Assembly (NCBI RefSeq): GCF_001194135.2
Contig: NC_068986.1
Location: forward strand, 92,736,722 to 92,800,721
Direction: 5' to 3'
DNA length: 64,000 nt
DNA from: Octopus bimaculoides
Taxonomy: Eukaryota
The translations under genes and the position numbers were made by a program. This document shows positions 51,001-63,670 of this stretch, piece by piece; the stretch's first letter is position 1, and each line of letters starts with the position of its first letter. A model generated the notes under the pieces. It saw only the letters and a list, made by a program, of their open reading frames with translations. It did no database searches and was not told where the DNA came from.

Positions 51001-51437
51001 GGCGCAGGAGTGGCTGTGTGGTAAGTAGATTGCTTACCAACAACATGGTTCTGGGTTCAGTCCCACTGTGTGGCACCTTGGGAAAGTGTCTTCTACTATA
51101 GCCTTGGGCCGACCAAAGCCTTGTGAGTGGATTTGGTAGACGGAAACTGAAAGAAGCCCGTCGTATATATGTATATATGTATATATATATATATATATGT
51201 ATGTATGTGTGTGTATATGTTTGTGTGTCTGTGTTTGTCCCCCAACATCGTTTGACAACCGATGCTGGTGTGTTTACGTCGCCGTAACTTAGCGGTTCGG
51301 CAAAAGAGACCCGATAGAATAAGTACTAGGCTTACAAAGAATAAGACCCGGGGTCGATTTGCTCGACTAAAGGCGGTGCTCCAGCATGGCCACAGTCAAA
51401 TGACCGAAACAAGTAAAAGAGTAAAAAGAGTAAGAGT
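51001..51437 (+). mobile_element. tRNA-derived SINE, family B (GGCGCAGGAGTGGCTGTGTGGTAAG head, CORE-like TGGCACCTTGGGCAAGTGTC, internal AT/GT microsatellite, GTAAAAGA tail)
   Basis: Full-length copy. Others (approximate): 4995-5925(+), 11985-12465(-), 15897-16296(-), 31140-31559(-), 43475-43885(+), 46070-46500(+), 55140-55538(-). Partial copies at 22990(-), 28880(+), 31990(+), 36150-36635(+), 40683(+), 52995(+). Confidence 0.9.
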
Positions 51438-51524
51438 ACATATTCAAAAAATATGAGTTTAGATCTTAATATCTATTATCATATATGACGTCATTAAGCT
51501 TAAAGGATTTTCGTATTCCTTTAT

Positions 51525-52078
51525 GTTCTGAGTTCAAATTCCGCTGAGGTCAGCTTTGACTTTTATCCTTTCAGGGTCGATAAGATAAGAACCAATCGAA
51601 CACTGGAGTTGATGTAACCGACTAAACACCACCCCCGAAATTGCTGGCCTCGTGCCAAAATTTGAAACCAATATTTAATATTCTTTTTTACTCTAGGCAC
51701 AAAGCCCGAAATTTTGGGGGAGAGGGCCAGCCGACTATATTGACCCCAGTATGCAACTGGTACTTAATTTATCGACCCCCGAATGGATGAAAGGTAAAGT
51801 TGACTTCGGCGGAATTTGAACTCAGGACATGGAGACAGACGAACCAATATTTAATATAATATAAGGCAGCGAGCTGCCAGAATCGTCTCTGCTTAGCGGC
51901 ATTTCGTCCGTCTTTATGCTCTGGGTTCAAATTCCGCCGAGGTTGAATTTGCTTTTCATGCTTTCGGGGTCGATAAAATAAGCAGCAATTGAGTGCTGGG
52001 GACGATGAAATCAACTTACCGCACCACCACCACCACCACCACCAAATTGCTGGCCTTGTGCCAAAATTTGAAAGCAAT
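51525..52078. mobile_element. Cluster of three family-A-variant SINEs (+,-,+) with a different tail (...TTGCTGGCCTTGTGCCAAAATTTGAAACCAATA)
   Basis: Copies at about 51525-51672(+), 51690-51835(-) and 51863-52078(+); the same variant occurs at 23220-23458(-), 54643-54835(+) and 54853-55070(+). Confidence 0.8.
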
Positions 52079-52365
52079 ATTTTGTATCATGGTGATGTAT
52101 CCATCATATTAAAGTGCTTCTATGTACACACGAACGTGGAATAATGTCCACATGTGACGTATAACTATGCTAGGACATACAACTCCATATAACTGTCTCC
52201 ACAGTGCATATGACTAAGCTCGATCATTTGGAATGTTTTCTTATGAAATATAAAAGGACATACGGCTATGATCGCGTGGTACATACAACTATATTTGGAT
52301 AAGGAGAGAGAGAGAGAGAGAAGGTGCGTCTAAAGATAGAGGAGTGATGAAACAAACGGACTTAC

Positions 52366-52448
52366 CTCAACATAATTATACATGGCTAAATCACAAATGG
52401 ACACAGCGTCAACATGTCGAAACTCAGTGTATTTTGGTAACGCTTCAT
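52366..52448 (-). CDS. KMO: KMO exon
   Basis: ttgcag|AT GAA...GAG|gtaagt; 83 nt, phase 1-0; DEALPKYTEFRHVDAVSICDLAMYNYVE. Confidence 0.95.
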
Positions 52449-53529
52449 CTGCAAAGATTTAAGAAGAAAAAGGAAATGTAGAAGTTGTATTGTTTAGTAA
52501 AGACAAATACATAAACCCCATCAAGAGGCTCAGAGACGACATTTGTCGGGGAAAACAATAGTTAAGATAACTTTTATGATTAATGTTATTTTAATTATTA
52601 TTTCGACGTGTACTGGAGTCAGTTCTGCTCTTGTTTTCGTCTGAAGCTAATACAGTTGTTCTTGTTGGCGTTGAACAACAAAGACATTCTGACCGTGACA
52701 GCCCTGTAGTTTTTGTATAACATAATCCAATGTGTCTTAATTGTATAGCGGCGAGCTGGCAGAATCGTTAGCACGCCGGGCAAAATGCTTAGCAATATTT
52801 CGTCTGCCGTTACATTCTGAGTTCAGTTCAAATTCCGCCGAGGTCGACTTTACCTTTGATCCTCTCGGGGTCGATTAATAAGTATCAGTTACGCACTGGA
52901 GTCGATGAAATCGACTTAATCTCTTTGTCTGTCCTTGTTTGTCCCCTCTGTGTTTAGCCCCCTGTGGGCAAGGAAGAAAAAATTGTGGAGGGTACAGAAC
53001 GCCTCAGGCGTGGTTGTGTGGTAAAAAGTTTGCTTCCCAACCACATAGTTCCAGGTTCAGTTTCACGGCGTGGCACCTTAGGCAGGCAACTTCTATTATA
53101 CCCTTTGGCCGACCAAATCTTGTGAGTAGATTTGGGTAGGTGGAAACAGAAAGAAGCCCATCATATTTATGTATGCGTACGACTTTGTCCCCCACCACCA
53201 CTTTGTTAGTGTGTTTACGTCCCTTTAACATAGCGTTTCGGCAAAAAGAAAGCAAGATCGATTCTTGAAGGCGGTGCCCCAGCATGGCTACAAGACTCCT
53301 TGATTCTCTAAACAGTGGTTGGCCTACAAAAGGCATTTAAGGAAAGGCAAAATTAACCTCAGTGGGATTTGAACCTAAAACGTAAAGAGTCGGAAGAAAT
53401 GCCATAAAGAGTTTTGTCCAACGATCTAACGCCTCTGCAAGCCAGATGCCCTTACCAACACCCTAAATAATAATCTTTTTAAAAGCAAAATTAAAAAAAA
53501 AAAAAACATCCAATATCTTTCTCGAGTCA

Positions 53530-53745
53530 CGAGGCAGGTTTCCTGGTTTCCATGGCGTATAAATTCCCCACCTGGACGGGACACCGGTCCGTCGCAGGAT
53601 TACTCATTTTTGCCAGCTGGGTGGACTGGAACAACGTGAAATGAAGGGTTTTGCTCAAGAACAACGCGTCGCCCAGTCCAGAAATCGAAACCACAATATT
53701 ACGATCATACGTCCAACACCCCGACCACTAAGTCACTCGCTTCCA
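53530..53745 (-). mobile_element. Further tRNA/CORE-type SINE (family D)
   Basis: Minus strand reads CTTAGTGGTCGGGGTGTTGGAC...GGTTTCGATTTCTGGACTGGGCGACGCGTTGTTCTTGAGCAAAAC...CCTGCGACGGACCGGTGTCCCGTCCAGG. A related head with a different tail is at about 22585-22910(+). Confidence 0.65.
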
Positions 53746-53952
53746 CTCTTTAGATAAATAAAATAATGAATTATGGGTAAAATGATTTGTTTGTATCATA
53801 TTTTGCCACATTAGTAAATAAGTGAATTGGAGGAAGAGAGAATAAAAAGTTCTGAACAGGAATTGAATCTAAATTCTAAGTGTCAACGGTATCAAGATAT
53901 CTCAGTTATCGCCCTTGGACCCAGTCGAGATTATACTGGTGATGGTCTCCAT

Positions 53953-54377
53953 CAGTGGTTCTTAAACTTTTCACTACCAAAGAGGCCTTTTAATATGCTT
54001 ATCCTTGTGTGTGTGTGTGTGTATTGTTGATAGAAAGGACAACAATTTTCAATGGCCGGATAACTGAAGAGATATTGGCGTCGGTTCCCACCCCGGCATC
54101 CGAAACTTGGAGTTTTATGATGGCTACCGAATAAGTGTCACATATTTTTACACNNNNNNNNNNNNNNNNNNNNNNNNNNNNNNNNNNNNNNNNNNNNNNN
54201 NNNNNNNNNNNNNNNNNNNNNNNNNNNNNNNNNNNNNNNNNNNNNNNNNNNNNNNNNNNNNNNNNNNNNNNNNNNNNNNNNNNATATATATATATATATA
54301 TATATAGAAAATTTTGAATTTAGTTCACGCCCCCACCCCCCGTGCTACATTTGCCGACCACATGTTGGGAACCACTG
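53953..54377. mobile_element. hAT-like MITE (spans a gap)
   Basis: TIRs CAGTGGTTCTTAA / TTGGGAACCACTG; 8-bp flanks GTCTCCAT / GTTTACAT (6/8). Confidence 0.7.
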
Positions 54378-56423
54378 GTTTACATGGTTAAAGGTTACTT
54401 ACTTCTGTGACAATTCTGCATTTGTTTTTAAATTAACGATGGTAATCCACCCGAGTGATTCAATACACTTTCCTTCAAACTAACTGTCTAGCCAATTTCA
54501 GTTAGTAAATTTCGTTTGATTCTATGCAGTTGCTGTGAACTTTGGACCTCGTAGTTGCGAAGCAAACTTTTTAGCTGATCAAACAACTGAGTCCATATCG
54601 TCAAAACCGACTAAGATGTATTTTATATTAATACAACGAAATAAGGCGGCGCAATGGCAGAGTTGCTAACACACTGGATGAACTAAAATTAGTGGATGAA
54701 CTAAAATTTCGACGAGGTCGTCTTTGCTTGTCATCCTTTCGGGATCGATAACATAAGTACAATTTGAGTACTGGGGTCGATGTAACCGACTGCCCCGTCC
54801 CCCTAATTTCAGGCACTGTGCCTATAGTAGAAAAGATTTATATTAGCGAAGTAAGGCGAGGAGCTGGCAGAATCGTCTACCCAGTGGACAAAATGCTTAG
54901 CGGCAATTCGTCCGTCTTTACGTTCTGAGTTCAAATTCCGTCGAGGTCGACTTTGCCTTTCATCCTCATAGGGTCGATAAAACAAGTACCAATTGAGTAC
55001 TGGGGCCGGTGTAATCTATTAGCCCCTCCCCCGAACTTGCTGGCTGTGTGCCAAAATTTGAAATCAATAGTCCAATGCATTTTATACTATCAACTAGTTT
55101 TGTTGTTAGCCATGTTTGAAAAAAATAGTGCATCATATACTCATTTACTTGTTTCAGTCTTTTGACTGTGGCCATGCTGGAGCACCGCCTTTTAGTCGAA
55201 CAAATCGACCCCAGGACTTATTCTTTGTAAGCCTAGTACTTATTATATCGGTCTCTTTTGTCGAACCGCTAAGTTACGGGGACGTAAACACACCAGCTTC
55301 AGTTGTCAAGCGATGTTGGGGGGGAAAAACACAGACACACAAACACACACACACATATATATATACACGTATATACGACAGTCTTCTTTCAGTTTCCGTC
55401 TACCAAATCCACTCACAAGGCTTTGGTCGGCCCGAGGCTATAGTAGAAGACACTCGCCCAAGGTGCCACGCAGTGGGACTGAACCCGGAGCCATGTGGTT
55501 GGTAAGCAAGCTACTTACCACACAGCCACTCCTGCGCCTTATATGCGAACATTTCTGTTCGATTTTGGTGGAAGTTATTTCGTTTTTCCTATAATTTATA
55601 ACTCACCTAGTGTATGGTAAGTTAAATGGGGCGAGATCACCTAAATAGTATTAAAATAACTCATTTAAAAAATGGGAAAATATTGTTTCTTTGATAAAAT
55701 GAAATTTATTTTTCTTAGCTTGAATATTCACTGAGATTGCAAACTTGCAACTGAAGTAATGAAGCAATCAAATTAGATACAACAGAGGCACGAAAGTATT
55801 TTATGATTCAATATATCGCCTCGAAGGAATGATAACAGTGATGCGCAATAGAATACATCTATCTTCGTTTATCACGGGTGTTTGGTAATAGAAGACAAAA
55901 AACAACAAACACCATCATAAATGAATTAACAATTGAACACATGGGAATATTAGGCTTGGTTCCGAGATTCCAAGTTCTCTCCACCACCACTGCCACTAAG
56001 TTACCCAAATAAACCTCTGGCAGTTTTTAAACATATTAATATTATTTCATGCTTGGAAAAAATGTTTAGAATAAAATTGAATAACATATGATTTGTAAAC
56101 AATAAATAAATAACTGGAATATATCTTAACAAGTAGAATCTTTGACTGATTGCTGACCCGTGTTATCACAGATTAATTCAGGATTAGCGTAACATAGTTC
56201 ACAATTGATCGTGCCGTGTTATTCCGGATCATTGATGAATGAATCAGTGATAAACGATGATAGATGTATTTATTTATGCCTTTAGCTGACGTAAGAAATA
56301 AATAGTCGAACCTGAGTTACCTCCCCTGAATTTTAACTTTGTCTTTAGAATTTACTCTTTTAAAAGTGGTAATGGAAGAGAAAATAGGGTATATGTCGGT
56401 TATGTAAATAAAAAAGAACTTAC

Positions 56424-56481
56424 CGAAATCATTTTTATATTCGTCAAGGAACTGACTCATGACAATGCAGTCTTCAAATCC
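56424..56481 (-). CDS. KMO: KMO exon
   Basis: tgacag|GGA...TTC G|gtaagt; 58 nt, phase 0-1; GFEDCIVMSQFLDEYKNDF. Confidence 0.95.
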
Positions 56482-57002
56482 CTGTCAAATATAATAAGCG
56501 AAATATGTGTATCTTTTTCTTCGATTTGTTTGTCTCTTAAACCAACAAAAAAGTAAATATAAAAATGGAGAAATTTCTAAGAAACTTCTAAGGGTGAGTT
56601 ACGCGAAAGAAATGCACGCCAAGCTACCAATGAGACACGAGTTCGTTTCTTCAGTGGATGCAAACTTTCTGTATTCTCTTTTGTATAACACTTATTTTTG
56701 CATTAATATTGTGTTTAAAGGAGTCTCATGGTAATCGCTCGATTTGCTGGAAATAGCAACTTATTTTCTTTGTCTCTTTTCATGGGAGAATCACATCGAG
56801 AATGAGGCGCTTATGTTGTACGTGAACGTGACTAGTGTGCAGAATCGTCTCGTTCCACTTTGCTGGTGTACTTGATGTTCAACTACAACAGGGGTTCTAT
56901 GGATCCCTCTAATTACTATTCTACACTCGATGTTTAAAAACTAGTTTATAGATACTTCATTCAAGATTCCTATTGTGTTTTTCACACATTAACTTGTGTA
57001 GG

Positions 57003-57367
57003 TGGAGGCGCAATGGCCCAGTGGTTAGGGCAGCGGACTCGCGGTCATAGGATCACGGTTTCGATTCCCAGACCGGGCGTTGTGAGTGTTTATTGAGCGA
57101 AAACACCTAAAATTCCACGAGGCTCCGGCAGGGGATGGTGGCGAACCCTGCTGTACTCTTTCACCACAACTTTCTCTCACTCTTACTTCCTGTTTCTGTT
57201 GTGCTTGTAATTCAAAGGGTCAGCCTTGTCACGCTGTGTCACGAGAACTACGTTAAGGGTGTCTGTGGAGTGCTCAGCCACTTGCACGTTAATTTCCCGA
57301 GCAGGCTGTTCCGTTGAGCGGATCAACTGGAACCCTCGACGTCGTAAGCGACGGAGTGCCAACAGCA
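57003..57367 (+). mobile_element. tRNA-derived SINE, family C (TGGAGGCGCAATGGCCCAGTGGTTAGGGCAGCGGACTC head) with 12-bp TSD
   Basis: AACTTGTGTAGG occurs at 56991-57002 and 57368-57379. A second copy lies at 28432-28800(-) flanked by CA(G/T)CTATAATT; a head-only copy is at 1316-1406(+); decayed copies near 29650-29880 and 47705-47990. Confidence 0.9.
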
Positions 57368-57719
57368 AACTTGTGTAGGCTGAACTACATAGAATGTTAG
57401 AGAAAGAATCCTAGCTATTTCTTGCAATAAATACATATAAAGCGAACATTTTTCATGGATCCTTAAAATACTATTCTGCATCCCCAATTATTTTGCTTGC
57501 GTGGACCTCTAAAACTCTTATAAGGACCCCAGGCGTCAAATGGACCCCGGTTGAGAACCAGTGAATTTGAGCATGCGAAGGTTAATCAACTTCTGCAGGA
57601 GAAACTATGAATGGAGAGGCAGAGACAGGAGTGGTAAAGTGTTAGGCAAAAATGTAATGTGAAATATGAACTTGCAGTCTACGAGTTGGGTGACTCGGCT
57701 CCTTACCCCCCCTCCCTCA

Positions 57720-57851
<132 letters not shown>

Positions 57852-57886
57852 CTAGAATCAAAGAAAGAAAGAAAGAGATCAAGATG

Positions 57887-57927
<41 letters not shown>

Positions 57928-58351
57928 GTCGTCTTCATGGGTAGCAGCACAGCATTAGGAAACCTACTCAGAATGCACATACATGTCAACACACCTCATG
58001 TGTTGTGGTCGTCATCATCATCATCGTCGTCGTGGTCGTCATCGTCATCATCGTCGTCGTCGTCATCATCGTTGTCGTCGTCATTGTCGCTATCATCATC
58101 CTATACCCCACCCTTTGCCAAAAAGCCTGAGACAAATCCTGCTCCATTTCGTCACAAACATCATTACCCAACACGTAGCATCAAATGAAAGGTGTACACA
58201 CCACTATAACTACCCGGTATACCATTAACTGAAACAAGCAACCTAAAGATCCACAACAGGTAACAGCTCTTTAAACATTTTCTATACCCACCTTACTTTC
58301 CATAGCTACTATAATTTCATTTCTACAACCACTCCTAGAACTAATAATGTT

Positions 58352-58875
58352 ACTCATCATCATCATCATCATCTTTCGACCAACTTATGGTTGTTCGGAA
58401 CTTCATTGACGACCCCTTTCCACACTACACAGTCCTGCATTGCTGTGTTCAAATCTCTAATATCTAGTCCTGAGACCCGTGATGTAGTATCTGGGAATGT
58501 CAGTATCCTGGAGGAAACACTTCCATTTGGAGAAGGCACTGCTCACCCGGAGACCGGGGAGGTTCTAGAAAAGGTGAACCAAAAATTGTCTGTCTTTCTA
58601 TATCTGGTCAGTTTAGCGCGACTGACGGATGTCCACCCTGCGCTCGAAAAACAGAGTTGCATAGGAGTAGGAATGAGATAACCTCTGTCTCTGCTCCATG
58701 TCAGTGGCCAGCAAACTGTAGCCGCTTCTGCTTTAACATGAGAGATATTGGTATCAGATTTCCGTAGATGTTACCAAGTGTTGGGTGTGATCTCCAACTG
58801 ATGTTCTGTATCTTTCTGAGCAGGTTGGTATATGTTCCATCTAGTTGTTTTTCTAAGAGAGCCGATAAGGTCCAG
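58352..58875 (-). mobile_element. RTE/RTEX-like LINE 3' fragment with (GAT)n tail
   Basis: Minus strand reads TWTLSALLEKQLDGTYTNLLRKIQNISWRSHPT..IYGNL.PIS..LKQKRLQFAGH* and then ...DLNTAMQD..VWK. Confidence 0.8.
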
Positions 58876-59557
58876 GTCACTGATCTATAGAGAAGGACCG
58901 GCTCGATCAGTGTTCTAGAGTGCCAGATCTTATCAAGACTGTTAAAATACTTAGAATAATGTTACTAAGGTAACAATAACTACCAGCTTCATCTGTTAAC
59001 CAACTGAGCAATTCAGGGACTTATTTTTTTATTCTCTTTTATTGTTGTTTAATTTCGGATAAACCCTGATCAAGTGATCAAGTGACCCTATGATGAATGA
59101 CGGCCCAACCTCTGGTCACATATGTATCCTGTCACTTTAGCCTTAACAAGGAGGAAACCCAAATCATACATATATACATACATACATACATACATACATA
59201 CATACATACATACATACATACATAGTGGATGCTTTTTCATATACGAGCAAATTCATTGCAAGAAAGAATCATTGAAATGAGTCATTGATAATGCAATGTG
59301 AGGCCCTTATGTGACTCTTGGGCCCCGCCAAAGACTTGCACATTCTATTGCATAATGCACAGTTGTGCTGGCTGGCAGAAGGAGCTGGTGCCACAGTATG
59401 AAGTCTTTTGACATGTCTCTTTAATCCGCCAACTCAGCGACACACCTTTCTACAGGTTGCATAAGTTCTGTTGCCACGAACAGTTGTATCATGATTTACA
59501 TACATCCATCCATACATACATACATACATACATACATACATACATACACACACACTA

Positions 59558-60590
59558 CAGGGTGTCCCAAAATTAAGGCAAACAACCTTTTTGAAAATTG
59601 TCACAACAAAATATTGTTATATTTCGGGTCCGAGCGTTGCAATGCAATGGTAAAGAAAACGCAATTATGACATTACCACATTTATTCGATATGACTACCT
59701 CTGTTTCGAATCACAGCCTTAAGTCTAGGTGCGAATGCTTCACTCGCGGCACGCAGCTGTTCTTGCGGAATCAAAGCCCATTCCTGGCGCAGTTTCGCCT
59801 TCAGAGCATCGAGTGAAGCATGAGGAGTGTTTGAGACCCTCGTCTCCAAAACGGGACGAACAAAAATCCAATGGGTTGAGATCGAGGCTTCTTGAGGGCC
59901 ATATATCATTGCCTTTGAACGACGGAATGTTTTTCTAACTCCAGTGTTGTATCTGTTTCGAGCTGTGGAATGGTGCAGTGTCCTGTTGGAGGCTCCAAAG
60001 TGTGCCTTCAAAATGCTCATTCGCCAATAGAAGTAGTTCAGCTTCCAAAATGTCGCTAATCGCTGGGTTTTAATTTTTACACAAAAACGAGGTGAGACCT
60101 TCCACTGGCTGTCACAGCCGCCCAAACCATAAGTTGCTGTGGATTTTGACGTCGATTTACGAGTCTACCATCAACGGAACCAGATACACTCCAAAGTTGG
60201 TCGTTCTAATGGTTTAGTGCCTGTTCAGTGTCAAATTTCTTTTCATCAGCGTGACATCAGCAATCTGACACAGGATAAGACGACTTCTCTCCAGTCTCAT
60301 GGCCTTATAAACTTGCGTGAGCTCATAACAGCAGATCATCTTGTAGGGGTGGATCCTGAGATCCTCCTTCAGCACTTGATACATCGATGTTCAGCTTATT
60401 TTTGCTGTGGCAGCCAGTTTTCTGGCGGAACATCAAGGATTTCACCGTATCTTTTCTTTGATAAGCTGAGGGGTCTGCATACTTCTTTTTCGGTCACGTC
60501 CAGGTCAATCAGCAGTGGATACAATCTCTTGAAAATTTTCCAGACTGTTCTTTGATTAATTTTAAGTTGTATTACTTTCGCCTCCTTTGT
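59558..60590 (-). mobile_element. Decayed maT/Bmmar1-like (Tc1/mariner superfamily) transposon
   Basis: TA|CAGGGTGTCCC TIR at 59558. C-terminus LETRVSNTPHASLDALKAKLRQEWALIPQEQLRAASEAFAPRLKAVIRNRGSHIE, PRSQPIG frame-shifted DLNPLD motif, and N-terminal RKRSMQTPQLIKEKIR...ARKLA...KEDLRIHPYK. The right end is not defined. Confidence 0.85.
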
Positions 60591-61335
60591 GTAAGGTTAT
60601 GATTGTATTTTGGTCTATAGCCATTATCTAATTTATAAATCTGGATTTCTTTAGTCTGTAATAAAAAGAAGATACACTAAGCTTTTATAATGATGTATAA
60701 TTTTCATATCTTATCACATTTATTAATAGTTATTAAAGCCCAAAACTTCGGTTGCCTTTGTAGTGGGTTGTCTGTCCTACTCTGTTCTTTTACTGGCACT
60801 TGGCTCATATCTCTCACGACGAGCCTTCTATGTTATATATATATTGTTTAGAGTTCGACCGTGCGACACGTTTAAAAGAGTCATCTTCCACTTCGTCGCC
60901 ATTCTCCTTTGGTTCGCATGGTCGTTCTATTACACCTTAATTTCGAGACACCTTGTATATCTAAATATTAAATGGATTGGATGGTCACGCCTAGAATATC
61001 TTTGATCTTAATCAAGAGTGCTAAACAACAAAAATGACAGCATCGAGGAGATAGCATTCGACCTGCTAGAAATATCAGTCGCATATTCCAGAAATCAATG
61101 CCAAGACGAGATGGTCACGGCTGGAACTGTTTTTGATCCTAGGACTACTCGATCAAGAGTGACTTGGGGGTTAAATTGTTGTGTGATGTATTACCAAGAT
61201 AAAGTTGGTCACGGCTGTTAATGCTTTTGATTTCTCAGTCAAGGTGAGCATGGAGATAAAACAGCGTCTGAAAATCATAATGTTGAACAAAAAAAAAAAA
61301 AAAGAATGCAAGGGGGGATCACTCTTCATATTTAC

Positions 61336-61393
61336 CTTGACTGTTACCATTGGAAGAGCTTTTCGACTGAAGAATGTTTCAACAAGGGATTTT
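61336..61393 (-). CDS. KMO: KMO exon
   Basis: tttcag|A AAA...AAG|gtaaat; 58 nt, phase 2-0; KSLVETFFSRKALPMVTVK. Confidence 0.92.
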
Positions 61394-61437
61394 CTGAAAG
61401 GAAAATAATTCCTTAATAAGACTTTACTTTAAAACAA

Positions 61438-61499
<62 letters not shown>

Positions 61500-61563
61500 T
61501 GATAATTTTGAGTTGTAAAATAATTACAGATCTGATAGATTTATTTGTCAATATGCGTGCTTG

Positions 61564-61618
<55 letters not shown>

Positions 61619-61762
61619 GCGTGCGTGCGTGTATGTGTGTGTGTGTGTATACGTGCACGCACAAATTTATTGCAGAAATAAATTTATGCATGTGTGTGTC
61701 AACATGCACACACACATACATATATATTTGTAAAAGTGTGTGTATATACCGATATATACTCA

Positions 61763-61957
<195 letters not shown>

Positions 61958-62559
61958 CTATGGAGGTTATAAAAAAAAAAATATATGTATTAAAAATCAA
62001 AAAGAAGAAAATGCTTTGTGAACTTTATCATGATTAAAAGAAAGGAATTATTTACATTTCTATCAAAATATGCTACCGGTTTCAATAGCTTAAAGAGATA
62101 ATCTAGTCACGCTAAAATAAAAGGGAAAATAAAATTATTACTTTGCTACTGATGAAGTTCAAAAAAGAGAAACCAGATTGACCATTGCCACAGTTGCTGC
62201 TGGGCAATTTTTGCCTTCTGCTGATAATTTTCTGTGTTTTTTTAATACTATATATCTATAAGAGAAGCTTTATGAAGATGAATATTGCAAATTATCAGGT
62301 TTCCAACAATGTACAAAGTGTTTGGGCTAAATTTGATCATTTCTTTATGTCCCCTTTTTTTCAGGAACACTTTGATGTATTGGTAAACAGTCAGTGGTGT
62401 TGGAGAGCATAAAAGATATTCAGCCATCTGAATATTGGGAAAGAGTTACCTGTATCATGATGATTTGCACTGGATATCAAAATATCAGCATTACAACTGC
62501 TGTTCAATGCTCTATGAACACTGTACAGGCTGTAAGATATGACATGACAGCTGCAATGG

Positions 62560-63020
62560 AAGCTACAATGCTGTGGCCACAAGGAAGAAACACAATAGGC
62601 ATCCACACACTAGAATTCATCTCCAGGTCTTTGACAGGGCCGTAGGTCTCAGTTCAGATAGTTATGTGAAGCTACTGGAAACAGTGGTCAAACCCTAACT
62701 GGAGACAGTTTCTCTGCTGGAAGGCCATCTGTATGGCAGCAGGGTTCATTCAGCTCCTTGCCATATCTCCGGAAAGAATCAGATGTGGTTGAGAGAAAAT
62801 TTCTAGGACTTCGCCTTAAAAACAATTTCTGGCCTTCTGATTCCCCCAATTATAATTCCTTGAATTACTATGTGTTGGGTGCTATTGAGAAGGATACCAC
62901 TTGCTCTGCATGCAACACCAAGGCTGAGCTGGTGACCAAGATTAAGAAGCTGTTTGAACATTTTCTCAGAGTTACAGTGAAGAACACATGCATCAAGTTC
63001 TGGAGTCATCTTGAGGTCCA
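62560..63020 (+). mobile_element. Second decayed maT-like transposase fragment
   Basis: FWPSDSPNYNSLNYYVLGAIEKDT...NTKAELVTKIKKLF resembles WPPSSPDLNPLDYYVWG. Confidence 0.7.
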
Positions 63021-63221
63021 GTTGATATTTTTTGATTTTTAAGTACTTTCATTTTTCGATAGAATATTGTGTTTTCTTTTCTGTTTATGCAAACTGTCAG
63101 AGACAGCTTAAATATCTTGTATATGCTTTAAGTATGATATATAGACCACTAATAACAAATATATATACAAAATGGCTGATAGTTAGCAAAGTGAGACACA
63201 CATAAGAAGGAAGGAAACAAA

Positions 63222-63266
63222 GGACCACTGATGAGGTCACAGAAGTGTGACGAAAGAACTCTGGCC
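63222..63266 (+). ncRNA. Minimal type-I hammerhead ribozyme motif with intact core
   Basis: cca-CTGATGA-G-GTCACA-GAAG-TGTGAC-GAAA-G-AA-C-TC-tgg: 6-bp stem II, CUC cleavage triplet, stem I CCA/TGG. Confidence 0.65.
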
Positions 63267-63499
63267 GAAATAAGATTAAGATTAATGTAATATAAAGCTG
63301 AAGCAAATTAACACCAAATATACAGTACGTGTGTTTTTATTGGCTAAACTGGCAATATGACCATCCCCAAGTACAACAACATCTGTTTCAACACACGATT
63401 TCACATCAAAAATCTTGCAAAACAAATATGTATATACATATACTTATACATATATACATATATACATATATACATATACTTATACATGCTGGTTGTCTA

Positions 63500-63670
63500 C
63501 TCCTTACACAGAGTTTGACCACCTCCTGCACCTACACCTTAGCCCTTTCATGGCATCTGATGTGGCTTTTTAAACCAGACAGTGTTTTGAAAAAACACCC
63601 ACACAGATTGCACCTCTGATTTGCACTACCAATACCTGCAAGTAAGTTCTGCTCATTGTGGACCCTAACA
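63500..63670 (-). mobile_element. LINE C-terminal zinc-finger fragment
   Basis: CNLCGCFFKTLSGLKSHIRCHERAKV* has the same layout as the finger at about 38340. Confidence 0.6.

Larger units (their letters stand above)
2719..54283. other. Assembly gaps (N runs)
   Basis: About 20 N-runs, e.g. 3461-4405, 20279-21129 and 39763-40682. Most abut (AT)n, (GA)n or (GT)n tracts, consistent with a short-read draft. Confidence 0.97.
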
